Below, piece by piece: positions 6,442-16,145 of a stretch of DNA of 64,000 nucleotides. A program made the translations under genes and the position numbers. Positions within the stretch are counted from its first letter, which is position 1. Every line of letters starts with the position of its first letter. Below the pieces are notes generated by a model that saw nothing but the letters and a program-made list of their open reading frames with translations, searched no databases and was not told the origin of the DNA. This stretch comes from Dehalococcoidia bacterium (GTDB lineage: Bacteria > Chloroflexota > Dehalococcoidia > Lucifugimonadales > Australimonadaceae), in the NCBI GenBank assembly GCA_022820645.1, contig JAJEFD010000019.1:64279-128278 (forward strand), in the 5' to 3' direction.

Positions 6442-7959
6442 ATGCTTAACTTGTCGCAGGAAGCGTCGGAGAACTGGATGGATCCGGTCAATTGGATGGA
6501 ACGGCTGGCCTCGCACTACGAGGCGATGCGCAGCCGGTACCCGGAAGAGCAGCTGGTCATCCTGTTCGATATCGACGGCACGATACTCGACACGCGCTAC
6601 CTCGTTCTCACCGTTCTCCAGTCCTACGATGCGGCCCACGGAACGTCTTATTTCCGGAACCTTCGCGTACCGGAAGTGACGACACACGAGGACAATGTCC
6701 GGGAGCTGTTGGCACGGTTCGGGCTGTCCACAACTGAACGCGAGCGGATCGCGGCGTGGTATGAGCGCGCGTACTGGTCGCCGGATGCGGTGCTGTGGGC
6801 GCACCGTCCGTTCTCCGGGGTCATGGAGGTCATGCGGTGGTTCCAGATACAGCCCGATACGTTCGTGGGACTGAACACCGGCAGGACGGAGACGATCCGC
6901 GCGGAGACGCTGGACTGTCTGAATGAGCTGGGCAAGGAGTACAAGGTCCGGTTCACCAACGACCTGCTGCACATGAACCCGGGCCCCCGGGACCGGAACG
7001 TTCCGCGGGTGAAGGCTGCCGGGGTCCTGCAGTTCCAGCAGGCCGGATACCGGGTGTTCGCCGCAGTGGACAACGAGCCGGCCAACCTGGCGGCGATCGC
7101 CGAGGTGGACCCCTCCCACGAGATCATGCTGCTGCACGCGGACACGATCTTCGAGTCCCAACGGAAGGCGCTGCCGCCGCGCTCCGTCAGCGGGGACGTG
7201 TACGACCTCACCCAACTGGCCCAGGAGACGGACCTGCCGCGGCACGTCCAGCTCGTGTGGCACGGGATCAACGACGAGCGCAACCTGCACCAGTTCCTGA
7301 TGTCCGACGTGGCATGGGGCGAGGTGGACGTGCGCCTGGACCCGGCATCCGAGCAGCTGGTGCTCCGGCACGACCCGCTGGACGGCGCTCATCCGTGCCA
7401 CCGGCAGGACCTGCTGCCGCTGGAAGACGTGCTGGAGGCCGTGGGCGCCATCGGGAGGTCCATCAAGCTCGACCTGAAGGAAGGCGGCCCGGTGGTCCAC
7501 GAGAGCCTGGCGGCGTTGCGGGCGGCCGGTTTCGACGATTCCCGGGTCTGGTTCAACGCCAACGCCACCCTCCTGGGGAAGGAGGGGTTCGGGATCCTGC
7601 AGGACGCGTACCCCTCCGCCATCTTCCAGGTCCCCATCGATGCCATGATTCCCATCCTGTTGAACAGGCCGGAGGAGGGGCTGGAGTGCCTTGAAGAGCT
7701 GCGCTCCTGGGGCATCAACCGGCTGTCGGTCAAGTGGGACAAGCCGCAGATAAGCAAGTTGGTGGACCAGCTGAACGCGTGGGGGTTCGAGACCAACGTC
7801 TACAACGTGCCGGACCTGAAGGCGTTTCTGAGGACGGCGCTCCTGCTGCCCCGGTCCATCACGTCCGACTTCAACTTCCCGCAGTGGCACTACTTCGGCA
7901 GGGGCTCAGGGCAGGAGGGCAAGTACCACGAGTACTCCTTGGAGACCCAGGCGTCCTGA
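6442..7959 (+). CDS. HAD-family phosphatase fused to a GDPD/PI-PLC-like phosphodiesterase domain
   Basis: N-terminal half carries HAD motifs I-IV: DIDGT, GLNTGR, a Lys motif, VDNEP. The C-terminal WHGIND..GEVDVRL..LVLRHD resembles the GDPD/PLC-like TIM-barrel signature. GC content looks slightly lower than in the neighbours. Confidence 0.5.
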   Translation: MLNLSQEASENWMDPVNWMERLASHYEAMRSRYPEEQLVILFDIDGTILDTRYLVLTVLQSYDAAHGTSYFRNLRVPEVTTHEDNVRELLARFGLSTTERERIAAWYERAYWSPDAVLWAHRPFSGVMEVMRWFQIQPDTFVGLNTGRTETIRAETLDCLNELGKEYKVRFTNDLLHMNPGPRDRNVPRVKAAGVLQFQQAGYRVFAAVDNEPANLAAIAEVDPSHEIMLLHADTIFESQRKALPPRSVSGDVYDLTQLAQETDLPRHVQLVWHGINDERNLHQFLMSDVAWGEVDVRLDPASEQLVLRHDPLDGAHPCHRQDLLPLEDVLEAVGAIGRSIKLDLKEGGPVVHESLAALRAAGFDDSRVWFNANATLLGKEGFGILQDAYPSAIFQVPIDAMIPILLNRPEEGLECLEELRSWGINRLSVKWDKPQISKLVDQLNAWGFETNVYNVPDLKAFLRTALLLPRSITSDFNFPQWHYFGRGSGQEGKYHEYSLETQAS

Positions 7960-7969
7960 CCTCGTGACG

Positions 7970-8050
7970 CCCTCACCCGCGCGCTTAAGCGCTTTGCCCT
8001 CTCCCCCAGGAGAGGGGGACAAGGGCACCCACGAGGGGCGCCCCTACACC
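7970..8050. repeat. REP-B (7970-8017) plus inverted REP-C (8023-8050)
   Basis: CCCTCACCC..GCCCTCTCCCCCAGGAGAGGGGG followed by GGGCACCCACGAGGGGCGCCCCTACACC. Confidence 0.75.
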
Positions 8051-8068
8051 GGGCAGGAAGGCCACCTC

Positions 8069-8734
8069 TTATTGAGCGGCGCCGTCCGGCTGGCCCAGCA
8101 CGCGCGCCATGAAGCGCTCCGCTATGTCCAGTCCGCGCACGTCGATGCTGTGGCCGAGGCCCGGCAGCAGGTAGGCCTCCACGGGGAAGCCGAGGTCGGC
8201 GAGCGTCTGTCCGGCGTCCGCCAGCGCATCCGGAGGCACCACCGGGTCCTGGTCGCCGTGGACGAGGACGATGGGCGGCTTGTGGCGCGCCTCGTCCGCG
8301 AGCCACTCAGGGAAGAGCAGCCTTCCGCTGAGCCCGACGACGCCCGCCACCGGACGCTCCATGCGCGGCGCGGTGTAGAGGGAGGTCATGCACCCCTGCG
8401 AGAAGCCGATGAGGACGCACCGGTCCGGCGTCAGCGCGTACTCGTCCAGCAGTTCGCCGACGTAGGTCTCGACGATGCGTCCCGCTTCCCGCAGGCCTTC
8501 CGCTCGGGCGTCCGGCGGTTCGATCGGGAACCAGCGGCGGCCGAAGCCGGCCTCCACGTAGGGTTGCGGCGCGTCCGGCGAATGGAAGGCCATGTGGGGG
8601 AAGCGGGGGCCGAGCGCCATCGTGAGGCCGATGAGGTCGTTGCCGTCGGCGCCGAGGCCGTGCAGCAGGATGCCGAGCGAGCCAGGAGCGCCGCCCGCGT
8701 ACGGTGCGCGGGACGGTCCGTTGAGTATGGGCAT
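8069..8734 (-). CDS. Phospholipase/carboxylesterase-family alpha/beta hydrolase
   Basis: GFSQG nucleophile elbow and an HG..D..V..HGDQD pattern. The start at MPILNG is preceded by AAGGAG. Confidence 0.75.
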   Translation of the reverse strand: MPILNGPSRAPYAGGAPGSLGILLHGLGADGNDLIGLTMALGPRFPHMAFHSPDAPQPYVEAGFGRRWFPIEPPDARAEGLREAGRIVETYVGELLDEYALTPDRCVLIGFSQGCMTSLYTAPRMERPVAGVVGLSGRLLFPEWLADEARHKPPIVLVHGDQDPVVPPDALADAGQTLADLGFPVEAYLLPGLGHSIDVRGLDIAERFMARVLGQPDGAAQ

Positions 8735-8771
8735 GGGGTGTCTCCTTCGTGCGTTGTGAGATAATACCCGC

Positions 8772-9500
8772 ATGACGACACGGACACGAACCCGCTCGAC
8801 CGGCTCCACGCGCATCTCCCACACGGCGGAGAACTACCTGCTCTCGCTCGCGATCCTGCAGGAGGACGGGCTGAAGCCGCACATGAGCGAGCTCGCGTCC
8901 TACCTGCGCCGCATCCCGGAGGGCGAGGAGGTCGGCACGACGCTCGCCTCGGTCTCCGGCATGGTGCAGCGCATGGCGAAGGACGGGCTGCTCCAGGTGA
9001 ACAGGGAGAAGCGGATCGACCTCACGCCTGCGGGGTTCGCGCGCGCCCGCGACGTGGTGCGCCGCCACCGCCTCGCCGAGCGGCTGCTCGTGGACGTGCT
9101 CGGCGTGCCGCTGGAGCTCGCCGAGGCCGAGGCGCACAGCCTGGAGCACGGCATCTCGCCCAACCTGATCGCGCGCATCGAGGAGCGGCTCGGCCACCCG
9201 GACACCTGCCCCTACGGACGGCCCATCTACAAGGCGGACGACACCGCGCTGCGCACGTCCGATCCCGGTACGTTCCGCCTGAGCGAGGCGAAGAAGGGCC
9301 CGACCTACGTCGTGACGCGCATCCCGGACGAGGACTTCCCGCTGCTGTCGTACCTCGTGAAGAGCGACGTGCTCCCCGGCAGGCGCATCATCATCGAGGA
9401 GATCGCGGACTACCGGGGTGTCGTGGACGTCAGCCGCGACGGCCAGCAGGTCTCGCTCGGCATGGACGTCGCGGCGCGCGTCTGGGTGCGTCCCGCCTAA
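8772..9500 (+). CDS. DtxR/MntR-family metal-dependent transcriptional regulator with a FeoA/SH3-like C-terminal domain
   Basis: ENYLLSL..., RRHRLAERLL, EAHSLEHGIS motifs. Confidence 0.8.
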   Translation: MTTRTRTRSTGSTRISHTAENYLLSLAILQEDGLKPHMSELASYLRRIPEGEEVGTTLASVSGMVQRMAKDGLLQVNREKRIDLTPAGFARARDVVRRHRLAERLLVDVLGVPLELAEAEAHSLEHGISPNLIARIEERLGHPDTCPYGRPIYKADDTALRTSDPGTFRLSEAKKGPTYVVTRIPDEDFPLLSYLVKSDVLPGRRIIIEEIADYRGVVDVSRDGQQVSLGMDVAARVWVRPA

Positions 9501-11272
9501 CGGGGCTGGGTCAGCACGTCGACGATGGCGGGCTTGCCTGAGCGGACGACAGCTATCGCCTCGTCGAGCGCGGGGCCGAGCGCGTCCGGCGCTGACACCG
9601 GCCCGAACCCGGCGATATCGAACGCCCGCGCGAGGGTCGCGAAGTCCGGCGCGGGGTCGGTGATCTGGATGCCGATGCCCTTGTTCTCGACCGGGCGGTC
9701 GCGCCAGCGGGCGATGCGCTCCTGGTGCTCCTCGTCGTTGTAGTACGAGCGGTTGTTGAAGACGACGACGAGGAGCGGGATGTTGCAGTGCGCCGCGGTC
9801 CAGAGCGCGTTGGAGGTCATCAGGAAGTCGCCGTCGCCGACAACGCTGATGCAGAGCCGCCCGGTGTCCCTGTAGGCGAGCGCGGCCCCGACCGACGACG
9901 GCAGGCCGTAGCCAACCCCGGCGCCGCGTCCGCCGCCGAGCTCGTGGGCGTGCTCCGTGATCTCGAGTACGTCGCGCACGCGCCTTCCGTGCGAGTTGAC
10001 CATCGCCCACTCCGTGCCCTTTACCCGCTCCGCGATCTCGCCGTAGAGCCGGGCTGCGGAGATGGGCGCGGCATCCCAGTTGTCGCTCACCCACTTCGCA
10101 GCCGCCGCGCGCATCTCCTCGTGCATCGCGGTCACGCGCGCCCGGCGCTCCTCGACCGCAGCGTTGCCCGCGAGCCGCTCTCGCAGCCCGGCGGTCAGGA
10201 GCGGGACCGCCTGCGCGGTGTCCGCCGCGATGGGCACCTCCACGGGCAGCAGCCACTGGTTGTCGGTCACCCAGTTCTGCCGCTCCTGGTCGAGCAGCGT
10301 GACGTGGATGAGCCGCGTTCCCTGCGGCACGGCGAGTTGCAGCGCGCCGCGCTCGCGCACCGACGGCCCGAGCGGCACGCCGAGGCTCGGCACGTCCAGT
10401 GCGAGCACCACGTCGGCGTCGGCCAGCGCGCGCTCGCGGACGCCGGTGAGGTCAAGCGGGTGCGTGTTCGGGAAACCGAAGCGCCCCTCGGCGTCGACGA
10501 CGGCGCACGCGAGCGTGTCCGCCAGCTCGACGACGGCGGGCAGCGCCGACGGGTTGCGCCCCACCTCGCCGACGACCATCACGGGCCACGACGCTCCGGC
10601 AAGCACGTCGACCGCCTTCGCGAGCGCGTCCGGGTTCGGGGCGGGCGGGGCAGGCGGCTGGAAGAGCGATACGTCCGGCACGGGCAGGGCCTCGTCCATG
10701 CGCTGCTCCTGGATGGTGCTGTCCAGGCAGACGTACACGGGCCCCTTCGGGTCGGTCATCGCGGTGCGCACGGCGCGCAGCAGCGACTCGGGCATCGCCT
10801 CGATGCTGGCGGGCTGGTCGTCGAACTTGACGTAGTCGCGGACGGCGTTGCCCTGTACGAGCGCGGTGTGCACCCAGTCGGTGGAGCGGCGCTGGTTGGC
10901 GTCCTGTGGTCCGCCGCCGCCGAGGTTGATGATGGCGGAGCGGTCGCACCAGGCGTTGAAGATGGCCATGGATGCGTGCTGGAGGCCGACGACGTTGTGG
11001 AGGCCGGTGGCGATGGGCTCGCCGGTGACGCGGAAGTATCCGTTGGCGACGGCAACGGCGATCTCCTCGTGGGTGCAGAGGACCATCTCCGGGCCGCCGG
11101 AGCCGAAGTTGACGATGGAGTCGTGCAGGCCGCGGTATCTGGCGCCGGGGTTGAGGGCGATGTACTTCACGCCGAGGGCGCGCAGCACCTCGACCATGTA
11201 GTCGGAGCCGTAGACGGCGCTGCTGGGCGTGCTGCCGCCGCTCATGGGGGTGTTCGCTGTCTTCGTGGTCAT
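9497..11272 (-). CDS. Thiamine-pyrophosphate-dependent enzyme (acetolactate synthase-like family)
   Basis: N-terminal TPP-pyrimidine domain HEEIAVAVANGY..., C-terminal GDGDF...NN TPP-binding motif. The start is set at MTTKT because the upstream part of the ORF runs into REP-B. Confidence 0.8.
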   Translation of the reverse strand: MTTKTANTPMSGGSTPSSAVYGSDYMVEVLRALGVKYIALNPGARYRGLHDSIVNFGSGGPEMVLCTHEEIAVAVANGYFRVTGEPIATGLHNVVGLQHASMAIFNAWCDRSAIINLGGGGPQDANQRRSTDWVHTALVQGNAVRDYVKFDDQPASIEAMPESLLRAVRTAMTDPKGPVYVCLDSTIQEQRMDEALPVPDVSLFQPPAPPAPNPDALAKAVDVLAGASWPVMVVGEVGRNPSALPAVVELADTLACAVVDAEGRFGFPNTHPLDLTGVRERALADADVVLALDVPSLGVPLGPSVRERGALQLAVPQGTRLIHVTLLDQERQNWVTDNQWLLPVEVPIAADTAQAVPLLTAGLRERLAGNAAVEERRARVTAMHEEMRAAAAKWVSDNWDAAPISAARLYGEIAERVKGTEWAMVNSHGRRVRDVLEITEHAHELGGGRGAGVGYGLPSSVGAALAYRDTGRLCISVVGDGDFLMTSNALWTAAHCNIPLLVVVFNNRSYYNDEEHQERIARWRDRPVENKGIGIQITDPAPDFATLARAFDIAGFGPVSAPDALGPALDEAIAVVRSGKPAIVDVLTQPR

Positions 11273-11324
11273 GGTCAGCCTCCTTGAGACCCTTTGGATA
11301 ACGCATCCCACCTCGCTCTGCCAA

Positions 11325-11379
11325 CCCTCCCCCTCAGCCCGGAGGGCCCTCACCCTAACCCTCTCCCTCAGGAGAGGGG
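11325..11379. repeat. REP-B (double unit)
   Basis: CCCTCCCCCTCAGCCCGGAGGG..CCCTCACCC..CCCTCTCCCTCAGGAGAGGGG. Confidence 0.75.
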
Positions 11380-11388
11380 ACCACACAC

Positions 11389-12333
11389 TTACAGGCGGAG
11401 GAGGCGTTCGGCGTTGCCGTGGTAGATCGCCTCGCGTTCGTCGTCCGTGCAGTCGAGGCGGTCGACCATTCCGATGTGGTGGCCGTTCCCGAACGGGTGG
11501 TCGGTGCCGAGGAGCATCCTTTCGGCGCCGACGACGCGGTAGCAGTGCGCGAGGGCCGCGTCGTCGTGGGCGACGGTGTCGACGTAGATGCGGTGGAAGT
11601 AGTCGCTTGCCGGGCGCACGGCGCCCTTGACGTTCGCGCGGATGCGTCCGCCGAGGTAGGGGAACACGCCACCGACGTGGGGGACGATGAGCTCGAAGCC
11701 GGGCTCATCGTCGAAGATGCCGGACTGGATGAGCCGTACCGTGGCCAGCGTGGTGTCGTAGATGAAGCCCATGCCGGGCATGAGCGCGCCCTCGACCGCG
11801 GTGGTGTTCAGGGGTGAGGTGGGGTGCATGTTGAGCGGGACGCCGAGGGCGGCGATGCGGCGGTAGACTGGCATGAACTCCGGGGCGTCCAGCGGCTTGC
11901 CGAAGGTGTTGGAGAAGACCTGGAAACCCTTGAAGCCGAGGTCGTTCACGCAGCGTTCGGCCTCCGCGATGGTCCGGTCAGGGTCGCCGAACCCGAGGCT
12001 TCCCATCGCCACGAACTTTCCCGGGTACTGCTCGACGACGCGGGCGAGGAAGTCGTTGATGCGGATGGCCCAATCGTCGGCCTCGGCGCCACCGAGGAGC
12101 TCAGGGCCGGGGATGCCGTGGGTGAGCACGGAGAAGTCGACGCCCATGGCGTCCATCGCGGCGAGCTTGGCCTCGATCTCGCGGTGTCCGGGCGGGGAGA
12201 CGATGCTGAATGCCGGCGAGCACGCGGTGATGAGCTGACCGTCCCTGATGACGACGTTCGGGAACTCGTTGCGCGTCGCCAGGTAGTCGGCGAAGTCCTG
12301 GAAGTAGGTGTGGGTGTGGACGTCGATCTTCAT
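11389..12333 (-). CDS. Amidohydrolase_2 (ACMSD-like) family protein
   Basis: MKIDVHTHTY... metal-binding HxH start and ...GTDHPF near the C-terminus. Confidence 0.8.
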   Translation of the reverse strand: MKIDVHTHTYFQDFADYLATRNEFPNVVIRDGQLITACSPAFSIVSPPGHREIEAKLAAMDAMGVDFSVLTHGIPGPELLGGAEADDWAIRINDFLARVVEQYPGKFVAMGSLGFGDPDRTIAEAERCVNDLGFKGFQVFSNTFGKPLDAPEFMPVYRRIAALGVPLNMHPTSPLNTTAVEGALMPGMGFIYDTTLATVRLIQSGIFDDEPGFELIVPHVGGVFPYLGGRIRANVKGAVRPASDYFHRIYVDTVAHDDAALAHCYRVVGAERMLLGTDHPFGNGHHIGMVDRLDCTDDEREAIYHGNAERLLRL

Positions 12334-12338
12334 AAGGG

Positions 12339-12701
12339 TCAAGCCTCCGATACGAATCGCATGGAGAGCGAGTTGACGCAGTGGCGGGTGTTGGTCGGGG
12401 TGAAGCCTTCGCCGACGAAGACGTGACCGAGGTGTCCGCCGCAGGCAGTGCACTCGATCTCGGTGCGCATGCCGTCCGGGTCGGGCAGGCGGGTCACCGC
12501 GCCCTCGACCTCCTTGTCGAACGCCGGCCAGCCGCAGTGGGCGTCGAACTTGTCGACGGAGCGGTAGAGCTCGGCGTCGCAGCGCCGGCAGACGTACGTG
12601 CCGGGCTGGTAGAAGTCGTCGTACTCGCCGGAGAAGGGGTACTCGGTCCCCTTCTGCTCGATCACCCAACTCTCCATCGGGGTCAGTTCGTTCCAGGCCA
12701 T
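12339..12701 (-). CDS. msrB: Peptide-methionine (R)-S-oxide reductase
   Basis: CRRCDAELY...HCGWPAF...CTACGGHLGHVF...RHCVNS; canonical MsrB motifs. Confidence 0.92.
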   Translation of the reverse strand: MAWNELTPMESWVIEQKGTEYPFSGEYDDFYQPGTYVCRRCDAELYRSVDKFDAHCGWPAFDKEVEGAVTRLPDPDGMRTEIECTACGGHLGHVFVGEGFTPTNTRHCVNSLSMRFVSEA

Positions 12702-12740
12702 CGCTTTCGTCCTTTCGCGGGCTGTTGCGTAACTCCAGTG

Positions 12741-12773
12741 CCCTCACTCTAGCCCTCTCCCTCAGGAGAGGGG
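12741..12773. repeat. REP-B
   Basis: CCCTCACTCTAGCCCTCTCCCTCAGGAGAGGGG. Confidence 0.75.
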
Positions 12774-12789
12774 ATCAAGCAGCACGATA

Positions 12790-13758
12790 CTACGCGAACG
12801 CGGGCCAGACGTCCTGCTCGAAGCGCTCCCACTGGCCCGGCTGGTCCCACGAGGCGAAGCGCACGATGACGGTGTCGGCGCCGGCGTCGGCGAACTCCCG
12901 GATGCGCTCGGCGACCTCGCCTGGGGTGCCCCACGGCCCCCAGGAGCTGCCCCAGTGCGCGACCTTGTAGTAGTTGATGAGGAAGTCGTGCGCCTCGGCC
13001 TCGGAGGCCTGGCGGTCTGCGCCGAGGTTGACGGTGAGGTAGTAGGCGTACTGGAAAGGTTCCTTGTCCCGCCCCTCTTCCGCGCGGGCCAGGTCCACCT
13101 TTCCGATGGTCTCGGCGTACTGGACCGGCGAGTCGGTGATGCCGATGATGCCGTCGCCGTGGCGTGCGGCGCGTCGCACCTGCGCCTCGGAGCCGGTGCG
13201 GTAGTGGGTGGCAAGGAGAAGCGGGACACCGCCGGGCTGCACGGGCTTGGGGTCAAGCGTGAGCTCCTCGAACGAGAAGTGCTTACCCTCGAAGGAGACG
13301 TTGTCCTCCGTCCAGAGGCGCTTCATCAGGCGGACGGTCTCCGAGAAGCGACCGGCCCGCTTCTCCGGCTCGACGCCCGCGGCGATCCAGTCCGACCGCT
13401 GGTCGTCGTTGAAGGCTCCGCCGACGCCCGCGCCGATGACGATGCGCCCGCCGGAGACGATGTCGGCGGTGGCTATGCTGTGCGCCAGCGGCACCGGGGG
13501 GCGTATCGCGGGCAGCAACACCGCGGTGCCGATGCGGACGCGCGACGTGCGCGCGGCGATGGCCGACATCGCTGTGACGGGCTCGAGCCGGGGCTTGGAG
13601 ACGAGGCTGTCGCCGACCCAGACGGAGTCGAGCCCCGCGGCCTCGGCGCGCTCCGCGAGCGCCAGCATCCCGTCGGCGGAGTAGGGCGTGCCCTCGCGCT
13701 GCGCGCGCATCACCATCCCTCTCGTTCCGAGCAGCAGGCCTATCTTCGGTTTCGTCAT
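12790..13758 (-). CDS. LLM-class (luciferase-like) flavin/F420-dependent oxidoreductase
   Basis: Luciferase-like TIM-barrel sequence (GLDSVWVGD..., GRIVIGAGVG). An ATGA overlap couples it to the cofC stop, supporting an F420 link. Confidence 0.75.
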   Translation of the reverse strand: MTKPKIGLLLGTRGMVMRAQREGTPYSADGMLALAERAEAAGLDSVWVGDSLVSKPRLEPVTAMSAIAARTSRVRIGTAVLLPAIRPPVPLAHSIATADIVSGGRIVIGAGVGGAFNDDQRSDWIAAGVEPEKRAGRFSETVRLMKRLWTEDNVSFEGKHFSFEELTLDPKPVQPGGVPLLLATHYRTGSEAQVRRAARHGDGIIGITDSPVQYAETIGKVDLARAEEGRDKEPFQYAYYLTVNLGADRQASEAEAHDFLINYYKVAHWGSSWGPWGTPGEVAERIREFADAGADTVIVRFASWDQPGQWERFEQDVWPAFA

Positions 13759-14423
13759 CTACCGCTCCTGTTCAGCCAAGCTTCCCAATCGTAGACGCTC
13801 TGCGCGAACGAGGCGACGTTCTCTTTCGCCCACTCGTAGTCCGCGCGGGTGTCGAGGTCGAAGGCGATCCGCGGCAGGTCGGGGGTGACCAGCGCGGCTC
13901 CGGCCGCAACTGCGGCCTCGCAGTGCCTCTCGAAACTGCGCACTCCCAGGAGCGGCTCGAACGCCGCGGCGGCGGGCTGGAGCAAGGCGTTCGTGCCGCC
14001 GTCGCTCGCCGCGCGAACGCAGACCGTGGCGGCGTAGTGGTCGCTCGCCGTGATGACGGCCGCCACATCGTCGCCGGTTATCAGCGGCAGGTCGCCGGGC
14101 AGGAAGAGCGTGGCCTCCGCTCCGTCAGCGTAAGCAGCCTGCATGGCGGCCCAAAGCGCCGCGTTCAGACCTGCGGTGTCGTCGGGCGTCCAGTGCGCAC
14201 CGGAGGCTTTCGCGACCTCGCGCACGACCTCGTCGCCGCCCACGACGACGCACGCTCCTCTTGTCGTGGCGTTCACCGCGGCAGCGACGACGCGCTCCAG
14301 CATGAGGAGGACGACGGCCTGTCGCTCCAGCGGCGGAAGGTCGTCCCAGAGGCGCGTCTTCGCCTCGGCCAGCGGCTTCATCGGCACGATGGTCCGCAGC
14401 GAGTGGGGCAGTCCGGCGGTCAC
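13755..14423 (-). CDS. cofC: 2-phospho-L-lactate (or PEP) guanylyltransferase
   Basis: IVPMKPLAEAKTRL...LPGDLPLI... typical of CofC/FbiD. The GTG start overlaps the cofD stop (GTGA). Confidence 0.8.
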   Translation of the reverse strand: MTAGLPHSLRTIVPMKPLAEAKTRLWDDLPPLERQAVVLLMLERVVAAAVNATTRGACVVVGGDEVVREVAKASGAHWTPDDTAGLNAALWAAMQAAYADGAEATLFLPGDLPLITGDDVAAVITASDHYAATVCVRAASDGGTNALLQPAAAAFEPLLGVRSFERHCEAAVAAGAALVTPDLPRIAFDLDTRADYEWAKENVASFAQSVYDWEAWLNRSGR

Positions 14424-15376
14424 CGCACGCTCCGTCGGTGCGAGGCACGCGACACGAGATCCAGCACCTCGCGGGCGAGGGACGTCTTGTCGGCGTCCGT
14501 CGTCATGACGGTGGGGGCGACGTGGGCGGCGATGCCGAGCGCCTCGACCGCCGGGGCCTCTGCGGCGTCGCTCTCGTCGAGCACGAGCACGTCGACGAGT
14601 CCAGCGTAGCGGCGCGCGACACCTGCGTTGCTCACCTCCTCGCCGAGTTCCGCCATCATCTTGGCGGCGGGACCCTTCAGCGCCCGTCCTCCGACGATGG
14701 GGCTGACCGCGACGCGCGGCCCGGCGAAGCGTTCTATAGCGTCGCGGACGCCCCGCACGGCGAGCACCGGCCCGATGCTCACGAGCGGGTTGGATGGGCA
14801 GAAGACCAGAGCGTCGGCGTTCGCCAGCGCATCGCTCAGGGCAGGGGAGGGCGGCGCGTCGTCCGCTCCATCGAAGCGCACGCCCGTGATGCGCGGCTCG
14901 CAGGCGTGACGCACGAAATACTCCTGGAACGCCATCTCGCCGTGCTCCGTCTGCGCGATCGTGCGAACGGGGGCGTCCGACATCGGCACGACGGGGTGGC
15001 GCACGCCGAGGGCGTCGCATATCGCGCGCGTGGCCTCGGTCAGCGTGCATCCTGCCGTGAGCAGCTCCGTTCGCCGCAGGTGCATGGCGAGGTCGAGGTC
15101 GCCCAACTTGAACCACGTCTCGCCGCCGAGCCTGCCGAGCGCGTCCAGCGCGCGGAAGGAGTCGCCCGCGACGCCCCAGCCGGTCTCCGGGTTCGTGAGT
15201 CCGGCGAGCGCGTACACGACCGTGTCGACGTCGGGCGAGACGTGCAGGCCGTGGAACGTCTCATCGTCGCCGGTGTTGACGGCGACGGTCAGTTCGTCCG
15301 GGTCGAGCAGGCGCGACAGGCCGAGGGCGAGTTTCGCGCCGCCGACACCGCCGGATATGGCGAGGACTCGCGGCAT
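14420..15376 (-). CDS. cofD: LPPG:FO 2-phospho-L-lactate transferase
   Basis: MPRVLAISGGVGGAKLALGL...VNTGDD...HGLHVSPDVDT; canonical CofD N-terminus. Confidence 0.88.
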   Translation of the reverse strand: MPRVLAISGGVGGAKLALGLSRLLDPDELTVAVNTGDDETFHGLHVSPDVDTVVYALAGLTNPETGWGVAGDSFRALDALGRLGGETWFKLGDLDLAMHLRRTELLTAGCTLTEATRAICDALGVRHPVVPMSDAPVRTIAQTEHGEMAFQEYFVRHACEPRITGVRFDGADDAPPSPALSDALANADALVFCPSNPLVSIGPVLAVRGVRDAIERFAGPRVAVSPIVGGRALKGPAAKMMAELGEEVSNAGVARRYAGLVDVLVLDESDAAEAPAVEALGIAAHVAPTVMTTDADKTSLAREVLDLVSRASHRRSVR

Positions 15377-15424
15377 GGCGGGGCCATTGTAGCGGTACGA
15401 GGGGTGAGACGAGGCTTGCCGAAC

Positions 15425-15450
15425 GTATGTAAGCATGACATCATGCATAC
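15425..15450. promoter_or_regulatory. Palindrome upstream of vapB, a candidate antitoxin operator
   Basis: GCATGA-CA-TCATGC (15433-15446) nested in GTATG...CATAC, ending 1 nt before the vapB ATG. Confidence 0.35.
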
Positions 15451-15753
15451 ATGAAGCGTACGCAGGTCCAACTGGACGAAGGGAGCTACGAGTTGTTGCG
15501 GCGGAAGGCGCATGAGCGCCGCGTCTCCGTGGCCGCGGTCGTGCGGGAGGCAGTCGGGCAGTATCTGGCCGAAGCGCCGCGGCGCAAGCGGACGCTTGCC
15601 GATTTCAAGTTCATCGGGATCGGGAAGAGCGACCAGTCCGACTACGCCCCGGTTTCCGAGCGGCATGACGAAGTCCTGGCGGACGCGATGTATGCGGAGA
15701 TGCAGGAGAAGGCGGACGAGTTCAGCCGCCGCCACGGGCTGGACCGCTCGTGA
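15451..15753 (+). CDS. vapB: Ribbon-helix-helix (CopG/VapB-like) antitoxin
   Basis: MKRTQVQLDEGSYELLRRKAHERRVSVAAVVREAV; RHH N-terminus. A 4-nt overlap links it to the PIN gene. Confidence 0.7.
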   Translation: MKRTQVQLDEGSYELLRRKAHERRVSVAAVVREAVGQYLAEAPRRKRTLADFKFIGIGKSDQSDYAPVSERHDEVLADAMYAEMQEKADEFSRRHGLDRS

Positions 15754-16145
15754 TCTTTGTAGACACGTCGGCGGTCTACGCGCTCGTCGATGCAGACGAC
15801 CCGCGCCATGCCGTTGCGGTCTCGCTCTTCCAAGCCGCGAATGACAACGACGAGGCGCTCTTGGTCCATTCGTATGTCGTCTCCGAAGCCGCCGACCTGA
15901 TGCGCGGCCGGCTGGGAACGGAAGCGGCTCTCGCCTTCCTGCACGACCTCGCCCACTTCACACTGCACTGGATAGACGCGAGCGACCATGCCGAAGCGGT
16001 GGCCCTGCTCGCAGCGCGCAACCGTCGGGGACTCAGCCTCGTGGACTGCGCGAGCTTCGTCATCATGCGCAGCTACGGGGTGACGCACGGGTTGTTCTTC
16101 GATGATGACTTCGAGCGGGAAGGGTTCGCGCTCTACTCAGGATGA
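15750..16145 (+). CDS. vapC: PIN-domain toxin
   Basis: MIFVDTSAVYALVD...D...SLVDCASF...FDDDF; conserved PIN acidic residues. Confidence 0.8.
   Translation: MIFVDTSAVYALVDADDPRHAVAVSLFQAANDNDEALLVHSYVVSEAADLMRGRLGTEAALAFLHDLAHFTLHWIDASDHAEAVALLAARNRRGLSLVDCASFVIMRSYGVTHGLFFDDDFEREGFALYSG

Noticed and set aside
8307-10256. Very long ORFs antisense or out of frame to annotated genes. Examples are 8307-10256 (649 aa), 6409-7890, 24633-26801 upstream part, 32892-34547, 38486-40069, 45722-46993, 50394-51926 and 54763-56526.
   Set aside because: Their translations are Arg/Ala/Gly/Pro-rich with no recognisable motifs. They overlap ORFs on the other strand or frame that have clear family signatures. 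This is the typical stop-codon depletion of high-GC DNA.
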